The notes under the pieces: model-generated | Databases searched by the model: none | What the model was told of the DNA's origin: nothing | What the model saw: the letters and a program-made list of their open reading frames with translations, nothing else | Made by a program: the position numbers and the translations under genes | Assembly: GCF_009914755.1 (NCBI RefSeq) | Contig: NC_060932.1 | Source: the human T2T-CHM13v2.0 reference genome, Homo sapiens | Strand: one strand, 5' to 3' | DNA: 64,000 nt | Shown: piece after piece, positions 30,291 through 43,567 of the stretch | Layout: the number at the start of each line of letters is the position of its first letter | How positions within the stretch are numbered: position 1 is the first letter of the stretch

Positions 30291-31067
30291 CCTGTCATAT
30301 TTCCTTTCAATATATTTGCATTTGTGGTACTGGTATAAAGGATATTTAAAAACAGATTATTTAAAGTTACAAAAGCATGTTGATTGGAATAAAAATGATG
30401 TATAAAATCTGAGTTAAAAATAATGAGATGGTTTGAAGATATGGTGGATATTGTGATGTTGGAATCAATGACTGAAGGGCAGTGCGCCCTAGCGGGTGGC
30501 CTGGTGACCACCGGGGCCACTATTCTCTAGAAGCTGGTTAAAAATCCAGATCTATGGGCTCTCTGTGGGTGCAGTCCAAGGATCTGTATTTATAAACAAA
30601 GGCCTCAGGGCATTTCCATATCATGAAGCTGTGACACACCTGTTTCCCAACCCCCAATCCCTATCTGGGCATAAGACAAACAACAACAACGACAACTGCT
30701 GATTGGTTGGGTGTTCCACTGGGTTATCACTCTTTTGGCCTCATGTCAGGGAAAGGCAGAAGAGAAGGGACAGAGAGCTACTCTTTAGATTGCTAGACAC
30801 AGGCCTTATCCTAATCCTCACATTGAGGAAGGTGTGCTTAGGCCCATTTTACAGACAAGGAAACTGAAGGTGAAAGAGGGTAAGTGACTTGGCAAGTGGT
30901 GGGGCCAAGAGTCAGACCTGGGCATGTAGCGTTCATCAGCCGAGCACTTTCCATTGTACCAGCCCTCTGAGGCCAGGCATTCAGAGTTAGCGCATCCCCA
31001 GACAAGCTGAAAGGGGGCCCAAGTCAGGGCAGTGAGCTTGCATTTGGAGAACTGCGCTAACTCTTAG

Positions 31068-31433
<366 letters not shown>

Positions 31434-31579
31434 TAGACACTGGGCTCTCCAATACTCAGTAAAATGTGGGTGCCTCATAGGAACTCAAGACCTGTTTTCT
31501 AGCAATAAAGGACCTATTGAATATCTACTATATGAATAGCCATGCTTATAATGGCAACACCAATGATAATGATGATTAA

Positions 31580-31968
31580 ATTAGTCAGGGTTGTTGGTGG
31601 TCTGTTAGTCGGAGCGAGGAACTCTAGATCCTTTTACAAATACCATTGAACCTCACAGCCTTAATGATTAAAGATTTATTTCATGGTTCAATGATAGTCG
31701 TGTGCCCATTTAGGGTGTCTCTTCTCCAAGTGGTGATATGGGGATCTAGCTCTTTCCATTTTGTGACATTGTCTTCTTAACCAAGTGGCCTCCAAAGTCA
31801 CTATGAAAGGGGAAGAGAATATGGTGATAGCTCAGTGTGTCTTATGATCACCCCATTGGTCAGGATGACACTACCCTGGCTGCAAGAAAGGAGAAGAAAT
31901 GCGGTCTTGTGTGTCTGGGCAGAAGAGGAAATGAGGCTGGGAAGCATCTAGCTAGCTTTTGCCACTTT
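31580..31968 (-). mobile_element. Old MLT1 (J/K-like) LTR remnant
   Basis: aaagatttatttc...ccattggtcagg...gctgcaagaaaggagaagaaatgcggtctt. Confidence 0.5.
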
Positions 31969-32959
31969 GCAAGCTGCGGAAATGGACTCTGCCTACATTT
32001 CAAATTCACTGGAAGTGTACTGGGTAGCTTACAGAATTGGCAGCAGGCTGGAGCACCAGCTAGAAATCCAGGGTGGCCGGGCAGCGGCAAAGTCGAGGCC
32101 AGCCTCAAAGTCAGCATCAGAAGTACTGCTAGAATACTTCCACTGGCTCTGCGGATCACACCTCTGACTCTAGCTGGTGCTGGACTCTAGACATCATCCC
32201 TACAGTGAAAAATGTCTACACCCTTCCTGCATCTTTGAGCCAGCCTCAGAGTTCCGGACAGACCATCGCTCAGGCCCTCACCAGTGTCTTAGATTGAAGG
32301 GAGAGATCGAATATTATCACTCTCCATAGGCTTCCAAAGGGGAAGGTGCTGTGGGATACCCTAATACTAGTGGAATTCTCCTCAAATAGGCAGGGCTAAT
32401 TGTTGGGAAGAAAAAAGAGTGAGAGCAGAAAAGAGAGAGGCAGCATGATATCTACTATATTTCAAGCTTGTTAAAAATTCACAAAGTGCTTTTTTATTGT
32501 TTAAATTTGCACGATGGAATTGAGGGCAGAATGCCGGTGGGAAGTGGTCAAGCCAGTCCCCAGAGTGCATCGGGGACTTCATGTGTCAGTTTCCTGGTTT
32601 GTTTATTGGTTCATTTGTTCATGGAGCATATATTGTATTCACTGTGTGCTGGGCTCTGTGCTGAATAGGACCAGGTTCTTATCCTAAAGGAGGTCTTAGA
32701 CGAGTGACATTCAAACATGGTTTCCAAGAGGTAGCAGGGCAGGACTGAGGACAGCAGATGGCCCAAGTCTGGGAACTGTACCAGGGCAGGAACTGACAGA
32801 TTATGTGTTTGACTTGAGTCTCAGGGAGGTGAAGTGACCTGCTCAAGTCTCATAACTAGTCAATCACTGACCAAGGACTCCAGCGGATGTCTTCAAGTTC
32901 ATGTTCAGAGGCCTCCTTCCACTCAGAGCAGTTCTATGCAAAGCAGAGGGGAGCACAGT

Positions 32960-33790
32960 AGCTTAGGGCAATGGGGAGATCATAGGCTTAGGGGTCCTGC
33001 ATTTTCTAGCTGGAAGCTAGGTGACATTGGCCTAGAGTCACCTAACATCTGAGCCTTAATCTTTCATCTATAAAATATGAATAATAACATGTACTTCCCA
33101 GTGTCACTGGGAACAAGTCTAAACAATGAAAGTGCCCTTTATAATGCCAGACGCAGTAGGTGCTCGATGAAAGGTAGCTACATAGAAAGAAGAATAAGAT
33201 AGGGTCACTGTCTTCAAGGAACTTGTCCTTTTCCTGAAAGGGGCTGGCGAGTGAAATAAGATCAGAGAGTGAAATTTACCTGCGTGTGAGAGAGAAGAAA
33301 TAAATACAAATCCCTAGTAGCTAAGCTATAAATGCAACTGGAATTCAGAGAAGAAAGAATGCTCTGTGGGCAGGGGTCAAAGGCTCTGTGGCAGGACCAG
33401 TGAGGCGGCCAGGATGGGGGCTTTGGTTCTATAACCAGGCTCCGTGGGTTCATATCTGAATTCCATCTATCTTATTACCTCTGTGTTCTTGGGTGAGGGT
33501 AAGTTATTTAATTTCTTTAAGCCTCTGTCTCTTCTGCTTAAAATGAAGATAATTGTAGCACCTGCTCATTGGGTAATTCTGAGACGTTAATGAGAAAATC
33601 CTCCTAAGGGGCTCAGTACAGTGCCTGGCGCTTAATAATAGTGCCTTGAATATTATTCCTGTGGAACCAAGCCTTGACCAATGAATATATAAGGCCTTCC
33701 GCATCGTAGTGGTTGCAAGGATTAAATGAGAGAATTTATGTTAGGCACCCAGCACAGTGTCTGGTGCACAGCAGGCATTGCTTATGCCCC
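32960..33790 (+). mobile_element. Cluster of MIR copies
   Basis: ctgagccttaatctttcatctataaaat; ctctgtctcttctgcttaaaatgaagataat; aggattaaatgag. Confidence 0.65.
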
Positions 33791-34010
33791 CTTGCCCTCC
33801 AGGGAAGGACAATGCCTTATGTTTCTTCTTATCTCCCATGGCCCTCAGCACAGTATCTGGCTTGAGTTAGTTTTACCACGAAGTATTCAGCTGGGAGCTT
33901 GACAACAAGCTAAAAGTTGAAAGTAGGGCCATTTGAAGAAATAACACGAGTGAAAACAAAGCAGTGGAAATAGTCCAAATTATCAAGGAGTTTAAGAAGA
34001 ACTTCTGGGA

Positions 34011-34330
34011 CCATGGGTGGAGCTGGAAGCCGTTATCCTTAGGAAACTAATGCAGGAACAGGAAACCAAATACTGCATGTTCTCACTTATAAGTGGGAGC
34101 TAAATGATGAGAACACATGGACACATAGAGGGGAACAGTGCACTCTGGGGCATATTGAAGGGTGGGAGTTGGGAGAAGATCAGGAAAAATAACTAATGGG
34201 TACTGGGCTTAATACCTGGGTGATGAAATAATCTGTACAACAAACCCCCATGACACAAGTTTACCTGTGTAACAAACCTGTGCTTGTACCCCTGAACTTA
34301 AAAGTTGGAAAAAAAACAACAACAAAAACA
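34011..34330 (+). mobile_element. L1PA13-like 3' end
   Basis: catgttctcacttataagtgggagctaaatgatgag...aaacccccatgacacaagtttacc; A-rich tail. Confidence 0.85.
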
Positions 34331-34370
34331 GACCTTTCATTCTTTGTAAGGTCGAGGAAGTCCTATTTGT

Positions 34371-34387
34371 TTCCCCCTGGTGGCCAA
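34371..34387 (-). promoter_or_regulatory. Candidate CTCF motif (reverse)
   Basis: Minus strand TTGGCCACCAGGGGGAA; core matches but the terminal CGC/CAG is missing. Confidence 0.4.
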
Positions 34388-34739
34388 CAAAAGCAAACAC
34401 AGCTCAGTTTTTGGGAAAGGAGTCAGCGCTTAAGCAACAGGAACCGTCACAGGGCTCACCTGACCATCCTGGGCCACGCTTCGGCTGTGATTCAGCCCTG
34501 CAGAACGATTCATGACCCGTCTCAACTGCAGTGACTTGCTCCTGGTGACATTTCCCAAGGAATAAACAGTGTCGTAAGAACCAGCCTAGAAACTAAAGAA
34601 AGAGCTAGTTATTTCATCTCTTTTCTCTTTATCCAGCCGAATACTTTGAAACTCTGCCCTTTGACCTCCTCCTTCAGGGACAGTATCAAGAATTCTCCTC
34701 TTTCCTGTGTCATTTTGGACAATTAATCATATAACAGTA

Positions 34740-34995
34740 ATGACAATATTTTGGGTGTTTATTCTCTGGCAGACACTGTTCTAAGCTCTTTACAAACTTA
34801 ACTCATTCAATCTCCCAGACAACCATACAGGTATGTACTATTTTGACACCAATTTTTCAGAGGAAGAAACTGAGGCCCAGTGAGAATACGTGACTTGCCC
34901 CAGGTGACGTAGCTAGTATGTGGCAGAGCCAGGTTTCAAACCCAAGCAACCCGGCTCCAGATACCATGTTCTTAACTCTGTGAATCAGCCTCCCA
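34740..34995 (-). mobile_element. MIR
   Basis: ttttcagaggaagaaactgaggccc...tgacttgccccagg...ggcagagccaggtttcaaaccc. Confidence 0.85.
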
Positions 34996-35051
34996 GGCCA
35001 CGTGCTCTAGTGACAAATCTTGGGCCATTGCCTAGTATTGCTGGAATTTTG

Positions 35052-35114
35052 TGTGGCATAAATCACTCGTCTTACACTTTCATAAAAATGTGGCATAAAT
35101 CACTCTTCTTACGC
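35052..35114 (+). repeat. Short direct duplication, period 37
   Basis: tgtggcataaatcactc(g/t)tcttac at 35052 and 35089. Confidence 0.85.
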
Positions 35115-35134
35115 AAATCATGGAGAGAAATGAC

Positions 35135-35316
35135 TTTTTATTTTTTTATTTTTATTTTTTTAGAGACAGGGTCTTATCCTGTTGCCCAGGCTGGAGTGCC
35201 GTGGTGCAATAATAGCTCACTGACTCACTGGACCTCAAACTCCTGGCCACAAGTGATCCTCCTGCCTCAGCCTCCCAAAGTGCTGGGATAACAGGCATGA
35301 GCCACTGGGATCAGCC
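35135..35316 (-). mobile_element. FRAM/FLAM-type Alu monomer beside a MER5 fragment
   Basis: TSD agaaatg(a/g)ctttt. Confidence 0.85.
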
Positions 35317-36662
35317 AGAAATGGCTTTTTAAGAGCACATTGGTGGGTTCCACCCTCAGAGATTCTGATCCAGCTGGTCTGGGGTGGAGCCCAGGAATCT
35401 GCATTGTTCACAATGGTGCTCTCTATGGTAGTGGAAAGAGCATAGGTTTTGGGATGCCATCTTCTGTCACTGGTTCTTGGATCTTTGATAAATCACTTTT
35501 AGCTCCCCCAATGTCTGTACAATTGGTGTCATGATTCTGACCTTATCGTAGTCATGGTAAGGCTGAAATGAAATGATTTATGTTAGTGTCTGGTAGATGA
35601 TTTATTTTAGATGCTCCTGTCCTTGAGCTGGGGGGCTGACAGTGATCATCTTTAGTCATATATGACTTGTGAAATGTGAAATGGGACTTTTTGGGTCAGG
35701 AACAGATACCGTCTCCTCCTAGCAGCCACAACACAGTGACAAGAGCATCACTGACTTGGCCTGAGCTTTGGCATGATTACTTCAAACCTCTGTTTCTCAT
35801 CTAAGCAGTGTGGAAACCTGTGCTTCCATGAAGGGTTGTGGGGAAAGCCCTCATGTCAGGTTACACATGAGGAAGTGAGGTTTCATTCTGTCAGGCATTG
35901 TTTTTCTTGAACCGTCCACATAGGGGCTCAGCTGAGTTCCAGCCGGGCCAGCGGCTGAGTGTGTGCAGGTCCGAGAAGACGTGAATTGTGTCCTGGATTT
36001 CTGGTAGGCATGCTCCCAGGACGGCAGGGCATGGTGGGGAATGGCTCTCAGAAGCCCCAAAGCCTTGTCCAAATACTCTGTGGCAGGGGATGCTACAGTT
36101 CTGTGTAAAAGACAAGGCCAAGTCACCCGGGGAGGCTCTGTGATGATCCCATTTGACCCTTTGGGGACACGTAGCTGGGGGTTGAGATTCTCTCTTCACT
36201 GAGCAGAACAGGCAAGGAGGTAGCGGGCCTGCCTTTTGTGTTGTCTCCGAAAATGGAATCAATGCTGCTCTCCTCTCTTTTCCTTGCCCCACATCTCTCT
36301 CTTCCTGCTTTGAGCACTTTGATATAGTCTCACTTTCTATCTATAAAGCCTGTCTGTGTCCTTACTCACTGCAATGACCTGAAATGCAGAAGCTGCTTCT
36401 GTGAAAAAAACCACTGGGGAGCCCACAGCAGTTCCACGTCATCCTCTGAGTCACCCTGCAAGTGAAACCTGGGAAGGCTCATGGGGTTCACCTGGGCTGG
36501 CCACTCCCTCCGGGGCTACTCTGTGGTCTGTGGCACTGTGGCATCTGCTCTGGGTTTCCAACCAACATTTTCTTGCCTCTGCGCTCTGTGCTCTGGCTGG
36601 GATGTTTTCTCCTCTCTTCTCTTTCTGGATAACTCCCATTTTTCCATTAAGACCAAGCTTAA

Positions 36663-37004
<342 letters not shown>

Positions 37005-37519
37005 CAAGACCAAGCTTAAATGCTCCTCTAAGAAATCTTTCCTGATTTTCTGCTTGGTTCCTTACCAGAATGCCAGTGTCTTTCCACTGTCACATTTCCA
37101 TAGCACCTGAAATGTGTTCTTTAGTGCATGGATGCCATGGTGTTGCCATTATGTGTCTCCCACCAGACTGTAAGCCACTTGAGAGCAGGACCGTATCTCA
37201 GCTCTCACGCAGCCTGAGCATCTGGCACATAGTAGGTGCTTTGGGAATATATTTTCCATGAATTATTCATGATATGGCTTGACTTCTGTCATGGATCCTA
37301 CTCTGCACATAGGTTTCATGCCCACTGGGTTGCTGGTCCTTGGATTCCAGCTGAGGGAAGATTCTGTTCTGTAATAACCTTAAAGGAAGCTTGCACAGTC
37401 TCTCCTATAATGTTGTTTTCACTGGGAGTTGATGTTGTCCATCCCATTCTATTGAATAATATCCCTTGTTAGAAAGGGCATTTTGGCATGCCATTAGTAA
37501 TGATAGCAAACCATATTTA

Positions 37520-37960
37520 TGTGGGTTAGAATTAGGTCCAGTTGTGAGTGATAGAAAACTCAAAATGACAGTGGCTTAAATAGCTATTTATTTATCTCTC
37601 ATGTAAATATCCACAGTTAATCTAATCCTGCCATGAAGGTTCTGCTCCACAAAGTTCTCAGGGACCTGCACCATTAGACCTTCTACTCCACTCTGCCCAG
37701 GGCTTAGCCACTGTACTCATGACCCAAGATAGAGCTTCAGGAGTGACATTCACTTTCCAAACACAGATGGAGGAAGGTGGGAAGAAGGGGGCCCAATGAG
37801 TGGGCCAGCTGTCTGTCAAAAAGTTTCCCAGAAGCAAAGGGAATCTTCCACATGATACTCTGTTTACATCCCATTGGCAGAACTTAAGTCATATGACCAC
37901 TCCTGATCTGCAAGAAAGTCTGGGAAATGTAGTCTTTATTCTGAACAGCCATGTTTCTAG
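37520..37960 (-). mobile_element. Old MLT1 (J-like) LTR
   Basis: cagtggcttaaa...tttatctctcatgtaa; ccattggcagaacttaagtcatatgacc; ctgggaaatgtagtcttt. Confidence 0.6.
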
Positions 37961-38622
37961 CTGTGGAGGAAGGGGAATATGAAATTGAAGAATAATAGCA
38001 GTCTTTGCTACAATATTTGCTTAGCACTTTACAAGTCCTTTTTTATATTCGTTATCTGGGCTGATACTCATATGGAAGACAGGGTTAGTAGCTTGTTTAA
38101 GGACACACAGGGTAAAAGCAGAGTCAGAAGAACAGAGAGGTGTTTTGATGCTGCACCCTCACTGCTATACTGTGCTACTTCTCACACTGAGCTGAAATTG
38201 GTTTCTTTCCAACTACCCATCGGTCCCAGTTGTGTCAGCTTGAGAGAAATGAAAGGAGTACAGTCTTTCTGCTGGGTAGTAAGTGACTCAGACACAAGGC
38301 CGTGGTGCATGCTGAATATCCTGCCCTCCACTGCCCCCAGCAGGTTGCCTGGATCGCAAGACTACTCAATAAATAGTGAAATTGAAAAATCATTGTGGAA
38401 TCTCAATTCTTTTTGTCTAATAATGATAGCAGTGTATATTCCTATAGCATGTTACAGTAAGTGTTTACATCTCTGGTTTCCATTAGCTTCAGGGTTTATG
38501 GAGAAACTTATGGTTCATAAAGCCATACTGTTGAAGGTCTTTCCTTGGCAAACGCAAAGGGAATACTGAATGCAGCACTTTCCCGTGTGATTCCCCTTTA
38601 ATCATCACTGAACATTTCAGAG

Positions 38623-39028
38623 TGTCTCAGTGCATTTAGTGTTACTACCAAGACATACCTGAGGCTGGGTAACATATAAAGAAAAGAGGTTTATGTAGCT
38701 CATGATTCTGCTGGCTGGAAGGTTCAAGATTGGGCATCTTGTGAGGGCCTCAGGCTGCTTCCCCTTATGGTGGGAGGTGAATAGGAGTCTGTGTATGCAG
38801 AGATCACATGGTGACAGAGGAAGTGATGGGGGGAAGGGAGGTGCCCGGCTCTTTTTAACAACTAGCCACTGCAGGAATGAGAACTCACTCATCCTCGAGG
38901 GAGGGCATTAATCTATTCATGAGGCATCTGCTCTCATGACCCAAACACCTCTCCTTAGGCCACATCTTCAACATTGGGGATCAAATTTTAGCATGAGGTT
39001 TGGTGGGACAGACATCCAAACTATAGTA
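38623..39028 (-). mobile_element. MSTB1/MSTC-type solo LTR
   Basis: acctgaggctgggtaa...aaagaaaagaggttta; end catccaaactatagta; flanks cagag/tagag. Confidence 0.85.
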
Positions 39029-39073
39029 TAGAGCTTGGGATTATTATCCTCATTTTAGAGATGAGACATCTGA

Positions 39074-39403
<330 letters not shown>

Positions 39404-39804
39404 TAAAGAGGCTTAATAACTTTCTCTAAAGGGTGGAGTGCCCAACCCTACCTGCCTGACTCTGAATGGCTCTGGTCTTGGGATTCCTCTGTTCTTAATC
39501 ACTCCTTCGACATCAATGAATTATCAATGATGCGTACAAAACGCTGTTTGGGAGACACCAAGAAGGATTAGCAATGTGATGCCTACTATTTTTGGAGTTG
39601 CAGGAAAAGCTAATGGCAGGACCAGCCAGTACTAGGGAGTCAGAAGAGGGTGGCTGCCTGTAGCCAGGAGTCGAGTAGTTCCTCTCCCCAGTGAAGAAGG
39701 GGGAGGTGTGGAAGGTGCAAAAGTTAATACAGGAAGAATAGAGGAAGGGCCCTGTGAACTTTCAATACCCCTGTACCTTATTTTGCTGAGCTTATTATAT
39801 AATA

Positions 39805-40000
39805 CCAGAGCAGAATAGAAGGTAGACCCACGGGAATTCAAATCTTGGCTGTGCCACCCACTTCCTGGGCAAGTCACTTCCTCTCTCTGTGTCCATTTCC
39901 AAATCTTTGAAATTCAGTTAGAAACATCACTTTAAAAACAGGGTTGTTGTGAAGATTTTATGAGATAATGTATAAAATAAGTTCTTACCAAGTATCAGCT
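39805..40000 (+). mobile_element. MIR
   Basis: ttcaaatcttggctgtgcc...ctgggcaagtcacttcctctctctgtg. Confidence 0.75.
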
Positions 40001-40117
40001 ATGATATTTATGATATTTTAGAGTTATTAATTATACTGTGAGGATTAAGGAACTTGGCAGAGGAATACAGTAGGTGCTTAAATGGTATCCTAAAATATTA
40101 TTTAAAAATAAATGACA

Positions 40118-40156
40118 GTAATGGGAATACCGCAATTACTTTTGCACCAACGTAAT
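40118..40156. mobile_element. Half MADE1 / solo Hsmar1 mariner TIR
   Basis: ccgcaattacttttgcaccaacgtaa followed by TA; matches the recalled Hsmar1 TIR. Confidence 0.85.
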
Positions 40157-40215
40157 AATAGTAGGATATTTAAAGTTGAGATCACAGGAATCAGTGCAGA
40201 TATGTCTCATTTTAA

Positions 40216-40230
40216 CCAGCAGGTGGCGCT
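40216..40230 (+). promoter_or_regulatory. Strong CTCF motif
   Basis: CCAGCAGGTGGCGCT fits CCASYAGRKGGCRS, and the CpG is retained in AT-rich surroundings. Confidence 0.7.
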
Positions 40231-41288
40231 CATGTCGTGTTTAAATTCTGAAAAACCTTAAAAAGTACATACATATTCATATTTTCTATTTTTACCAGAA
40301 AAAGCAAGGAAAAAAATCTCAAAAAAGGCCATTGTCTGTGCCATGGGGAAATAATTAAGGTATGTAAAACAGCTGATACAGTAATTAATAAGAGCAGTGA
40401 CTGGAGAGTCTCAAAAAGCTTTGCTGCAAAACTGCGGGAGTGTAATTGACCTCACTGACGTAGGAAAAAAATCACAAGCTCACACACAGCAGGGAAAGAC
40501 TGTGCTTTCACATCAGTAGATTTAGAACCAAACCAGGGGATCCTGGAGCTGCGCTTCTGAGCCACACCTGGGAAGACTTTGAAAAGGTAAGTTCTAGGAA
40601 GGCAGGGTCTCCAGTGACTGTCTTTACCCATATTCCCAGGGCCTAAGGCATTAATCGTAGTAGATGCTCAATAAGCATGTGTCAGGTGAATGAATGAACA
40701 CCATAGCACATGCAGAGTTTTGTAATCCAGGCCTCAGCTTCCTCTCTGTAATCCTGGATAGACTTGGAGTTTCTGGGGTCTTGTCTCCGTTTGATGGTGT
40801 GGTCCTGGGCATCATCTTCTCTGAGTCTGGGTGGCATTTGTTTTCTATGTGAAATGAGAAGCTGGGAGTAGCTACTGTGACCCTGTATGGATTCTATATG
40901 GATACATCCTCCAAGTCAGGAGGAGAAGCATGAGCGTCGGCAGGAACGGTCAAGTTCATGCTTCTTTGGTTGGAGAATCTGCACAAGTCTTCTGGGAAGA
41001 AAGTAGAGGCTGTCTAGGGGTTACAGGATCATCATCTAAGTTCTGCTTCTGCCTGGACTTGCTGCGTAATTTGAATGAGTGGCTAAACCTGACTCTTTCT
41101 CCTCTTGGAAGGAGCAACTGCCTCTTCATTTTTGCTAGTATGGGTAATAGGATGACATGATTCTCAAGTGCTTTGTAGACATAGAAATGTATTCTAGGTG
41201 TTGAGTCTATTTCATGTGTTAGAGATAGCAAGTAAAGGGCCGTGGGAGACATGTCATTTGGATTTTATCTCTAATATATTCCTTATCT

Positions 41289-41737
41289 TGTTGCAGGGCA
41301 GGCAAGCCCCAAAACTGGGGCTTAGCCCAGGAAGGCTCTTGGCTTCACTCGGGAAAGAATTCAAGAGTGAGTCAGTGGTAGAAGAAAACAGTTTTGTCGA
41401 GGCAATGGAATTATAGCTCTGTGCCTGCTCCTGCAAGCAGGGCTACCCCATGGGCAGGGCTACCCCACAGGCAGTGTGTCAAGAGGAGCAGCTCAGGGGC
41501 ATTTCTGTAGTCATAACCACTTTTAGTAACAAGCAAATTAAGGGGCAGATTATGCAGAAATTTCTAGAAAAAGGGTGATAACTTCTGGGTGTTGCCATGG
41601 CATTGGTAAACTGACATGGCACTGATGGGCGTGTCTTATGGAGAGGGGCTTTCACATTTTCCCCGTTTCAGCTAGTCTTCAGTCTGGTCCGAAGTTTGAG
41701 TACCCCCCTCCAGAGTTGCATCCCACCTTCTACCTCT
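41289..41737 (-). mobile_element. ERV1 (MER4-group, MER66-like) solo LTR
   Basis: gcttagcccaggaagg...gaaagaattcaagagtgag; gcagggctacccca; flanks atct/atct; family name uncertain. Confidence 0.7.
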
Positions 41738-41869
41738 ATCTGACCCATTTTTCATATCAATTTGGGCCCCACCGACAAGTCTTTATTTTAAAGCACAAGC
41801 CTCCTCTTCTAACTCTTCCCAGGTGTGAGGCCCATTGAGATGCACTGCTCAGATTTCCTTCAAGAGAAT

Positions 41870-42190
41870 GTGCCGTAGGGAGCATAGTGGGTCAACAGCC
41901 CCAGTGGCAGCCCCATGAGCTGAGGGTGTGTTTTCTGCAGGTTGCTCCCAGCCCATGACAGCTTGGTAGGGGATCCTGCTCAATTTGGGATACCCCAATG
42001 AGCAGCTTTGGCTCTCATTGGCTTTCATTTGGCTCTGGGACTCCCCATCCATGTGGTTGAAACTTTCTCTGAACTGCTGCCTGAGCCTCTTCCTCCCCAG
42101 TCTTTCCTTTGCTCTCTTCTTTCACAGATGTGAGACAAGCATCACTGGCTGAAGGCTCTCCCAGCCTTCTCTGCACTGTCTCCCTTTATA
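41870..42190 (+). mobile_element. LTR16-like ERVL LTR remnant
   Basis: gggactccccatc...gaaactttctctgaactg...cttctttcacagatgtgagac. Confidence 0.5.
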
Positions 42191-42439
42191 CTTCATTGGT
42201 AATGATTCACAATTTCCCTGTCTTTTGGACTGGCACACCAGGCTACTGTGGGATGAATTTCTGCTTTTTGTTTTTGACCCATTATTTGTCTTTGAGACCA
42301 TATTGGTTGAATTTTCCTTTTTATTGGTTTGTAGAAAGCAAAAAGTAAAGTTCTAACCAACCACTACTAAAACAAAAGAGGATTTATTATCTAACCCGCA
42401 GGATACAGGTTACAGCAAGAGTGTGTATTTATCACAGCT

Positions 42440-42860
42440 GGGGTGTATATCTTCTGTTTGGTTATGCTGCTGTTCAAACCTCAAAATCTCAATAGCTTAT
42501 GAGCCCAAAGGTATATTTCTCAGTTATATTACATGACAACTGCGATCTATGCATCATCATTCTAGGATCCGGGCTGAAGGAGCAGCCCCATCTGGAACTT
42601 GCTGTTCTCGTGGCAGGGGAAAAAGAACAAGAAAGTGCATAAAACCATGAGATGATTCTTAGAGGTTCTCCTAGGATTGGCGTATGTCACTGCTACTTGC
42701 ATTTTACTGGTCTAACAAGTCACATGGCCAGGCCTGATGACAATGGACAGAGAAGTATCCTTCTTCCCCCAGGGAGGAACTGCAAGTCACATAGCAGTGG
42801 ACAGATGTAGAATCCTCCAATTGCGAGGACAGTGAATAATGAGGAGCAGCAATACAATGC
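42440..42860 (-). mobile_element. MLT1 (I/J-like) LTR
   Basis: ggttatgctgc...aaaatctcaatagctta; caagtcacatggccaggcctga. Confidence 0.6.
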
Positions 42861-42861
42861 A

Positions 42862-43567
42862 CAGTCAACTCTCATTATTCATGGATTCCGTATTTGTGAA
42901 TTTTCCTACTTGCTGAAATTGATTTTGTAATTCCCAAATCAATACTCATGTGTTTTTGTGGTCATTTGCAGACATGAGCAGAATGGCAAAAATTTTAAGT
43001 TTCCGAATGTGCACATTCCTAGCTGAGGTTGAACAAGGCAATGCTTTGCCTCCTTGTTTCAGCTCTCATACAGACACAAGCAGAATGTGGAGATGCAGAG
43101 GGCTGTGCCACATGGCGCCAGAAGCTCCAATGCTTGGCCAGTTGCATCAGGTTTGAGTCCTCACTCTTGCCCTTGATAGTGGGGCAGCCTCAAACAAGTC
43201 ACTTAACACTTCTGCATCTCAGTTCTCTTTTGTAAAATAAACAAAATAGAATCTACCAGGATGAGTTGTTTTTAGGAACTAAGGTTATAATCTATGAGAG
43301 AGATGTGTGTGTGTATACCTACCTATAGATATAGATATATGGGTGTGTGTATTGTGTGTATACCTACCTATAGGTATAGATATATGTGTGTGTGTGTATT
43401 GTGTGTATACCTACCTATAGATATAGATATATGTGTATGCGTATTGTGTGTATACACACAGCACACAAACACACATTTCCCTTGGGGGTGATGGTTCAGG
43501 GTTTGCAAATTCAGTGTTTGCAACAACTTTATAGAACATAACTATCATGAAGAAAGAGAATCGATTG
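42862..43567 (+). mobile_element. MER82-like Tigger element
   Basis: TIRs cagtcaactctcattattcatg and catgaagaaagagaatcgattg followed by TA. Confidence 0.75.
43309..43455 (+). repeat. Minisatellite, 45-47-bp unit, about 3.2 copies
   Basis: gtgtgtatacctacctatagatatagatatatg(tg)ntatt repeated. Confidence 0.9.

Noticed and set aside
30480-30500. CTCF-like CCGCTAGGGCGCACTG on the minus strand
   Set aside because: Mismatch at a core G position; too weak to call
37979-38569. 196-aa ORF
   Set aside because: Overlaps MIR-like sequence; no recognisable protein or exon structure
43309-43455. CRISPR-like repeat-spacer array
   Set aside because: Head-to-tail low-complexity units with no unique spacers, in human DNA
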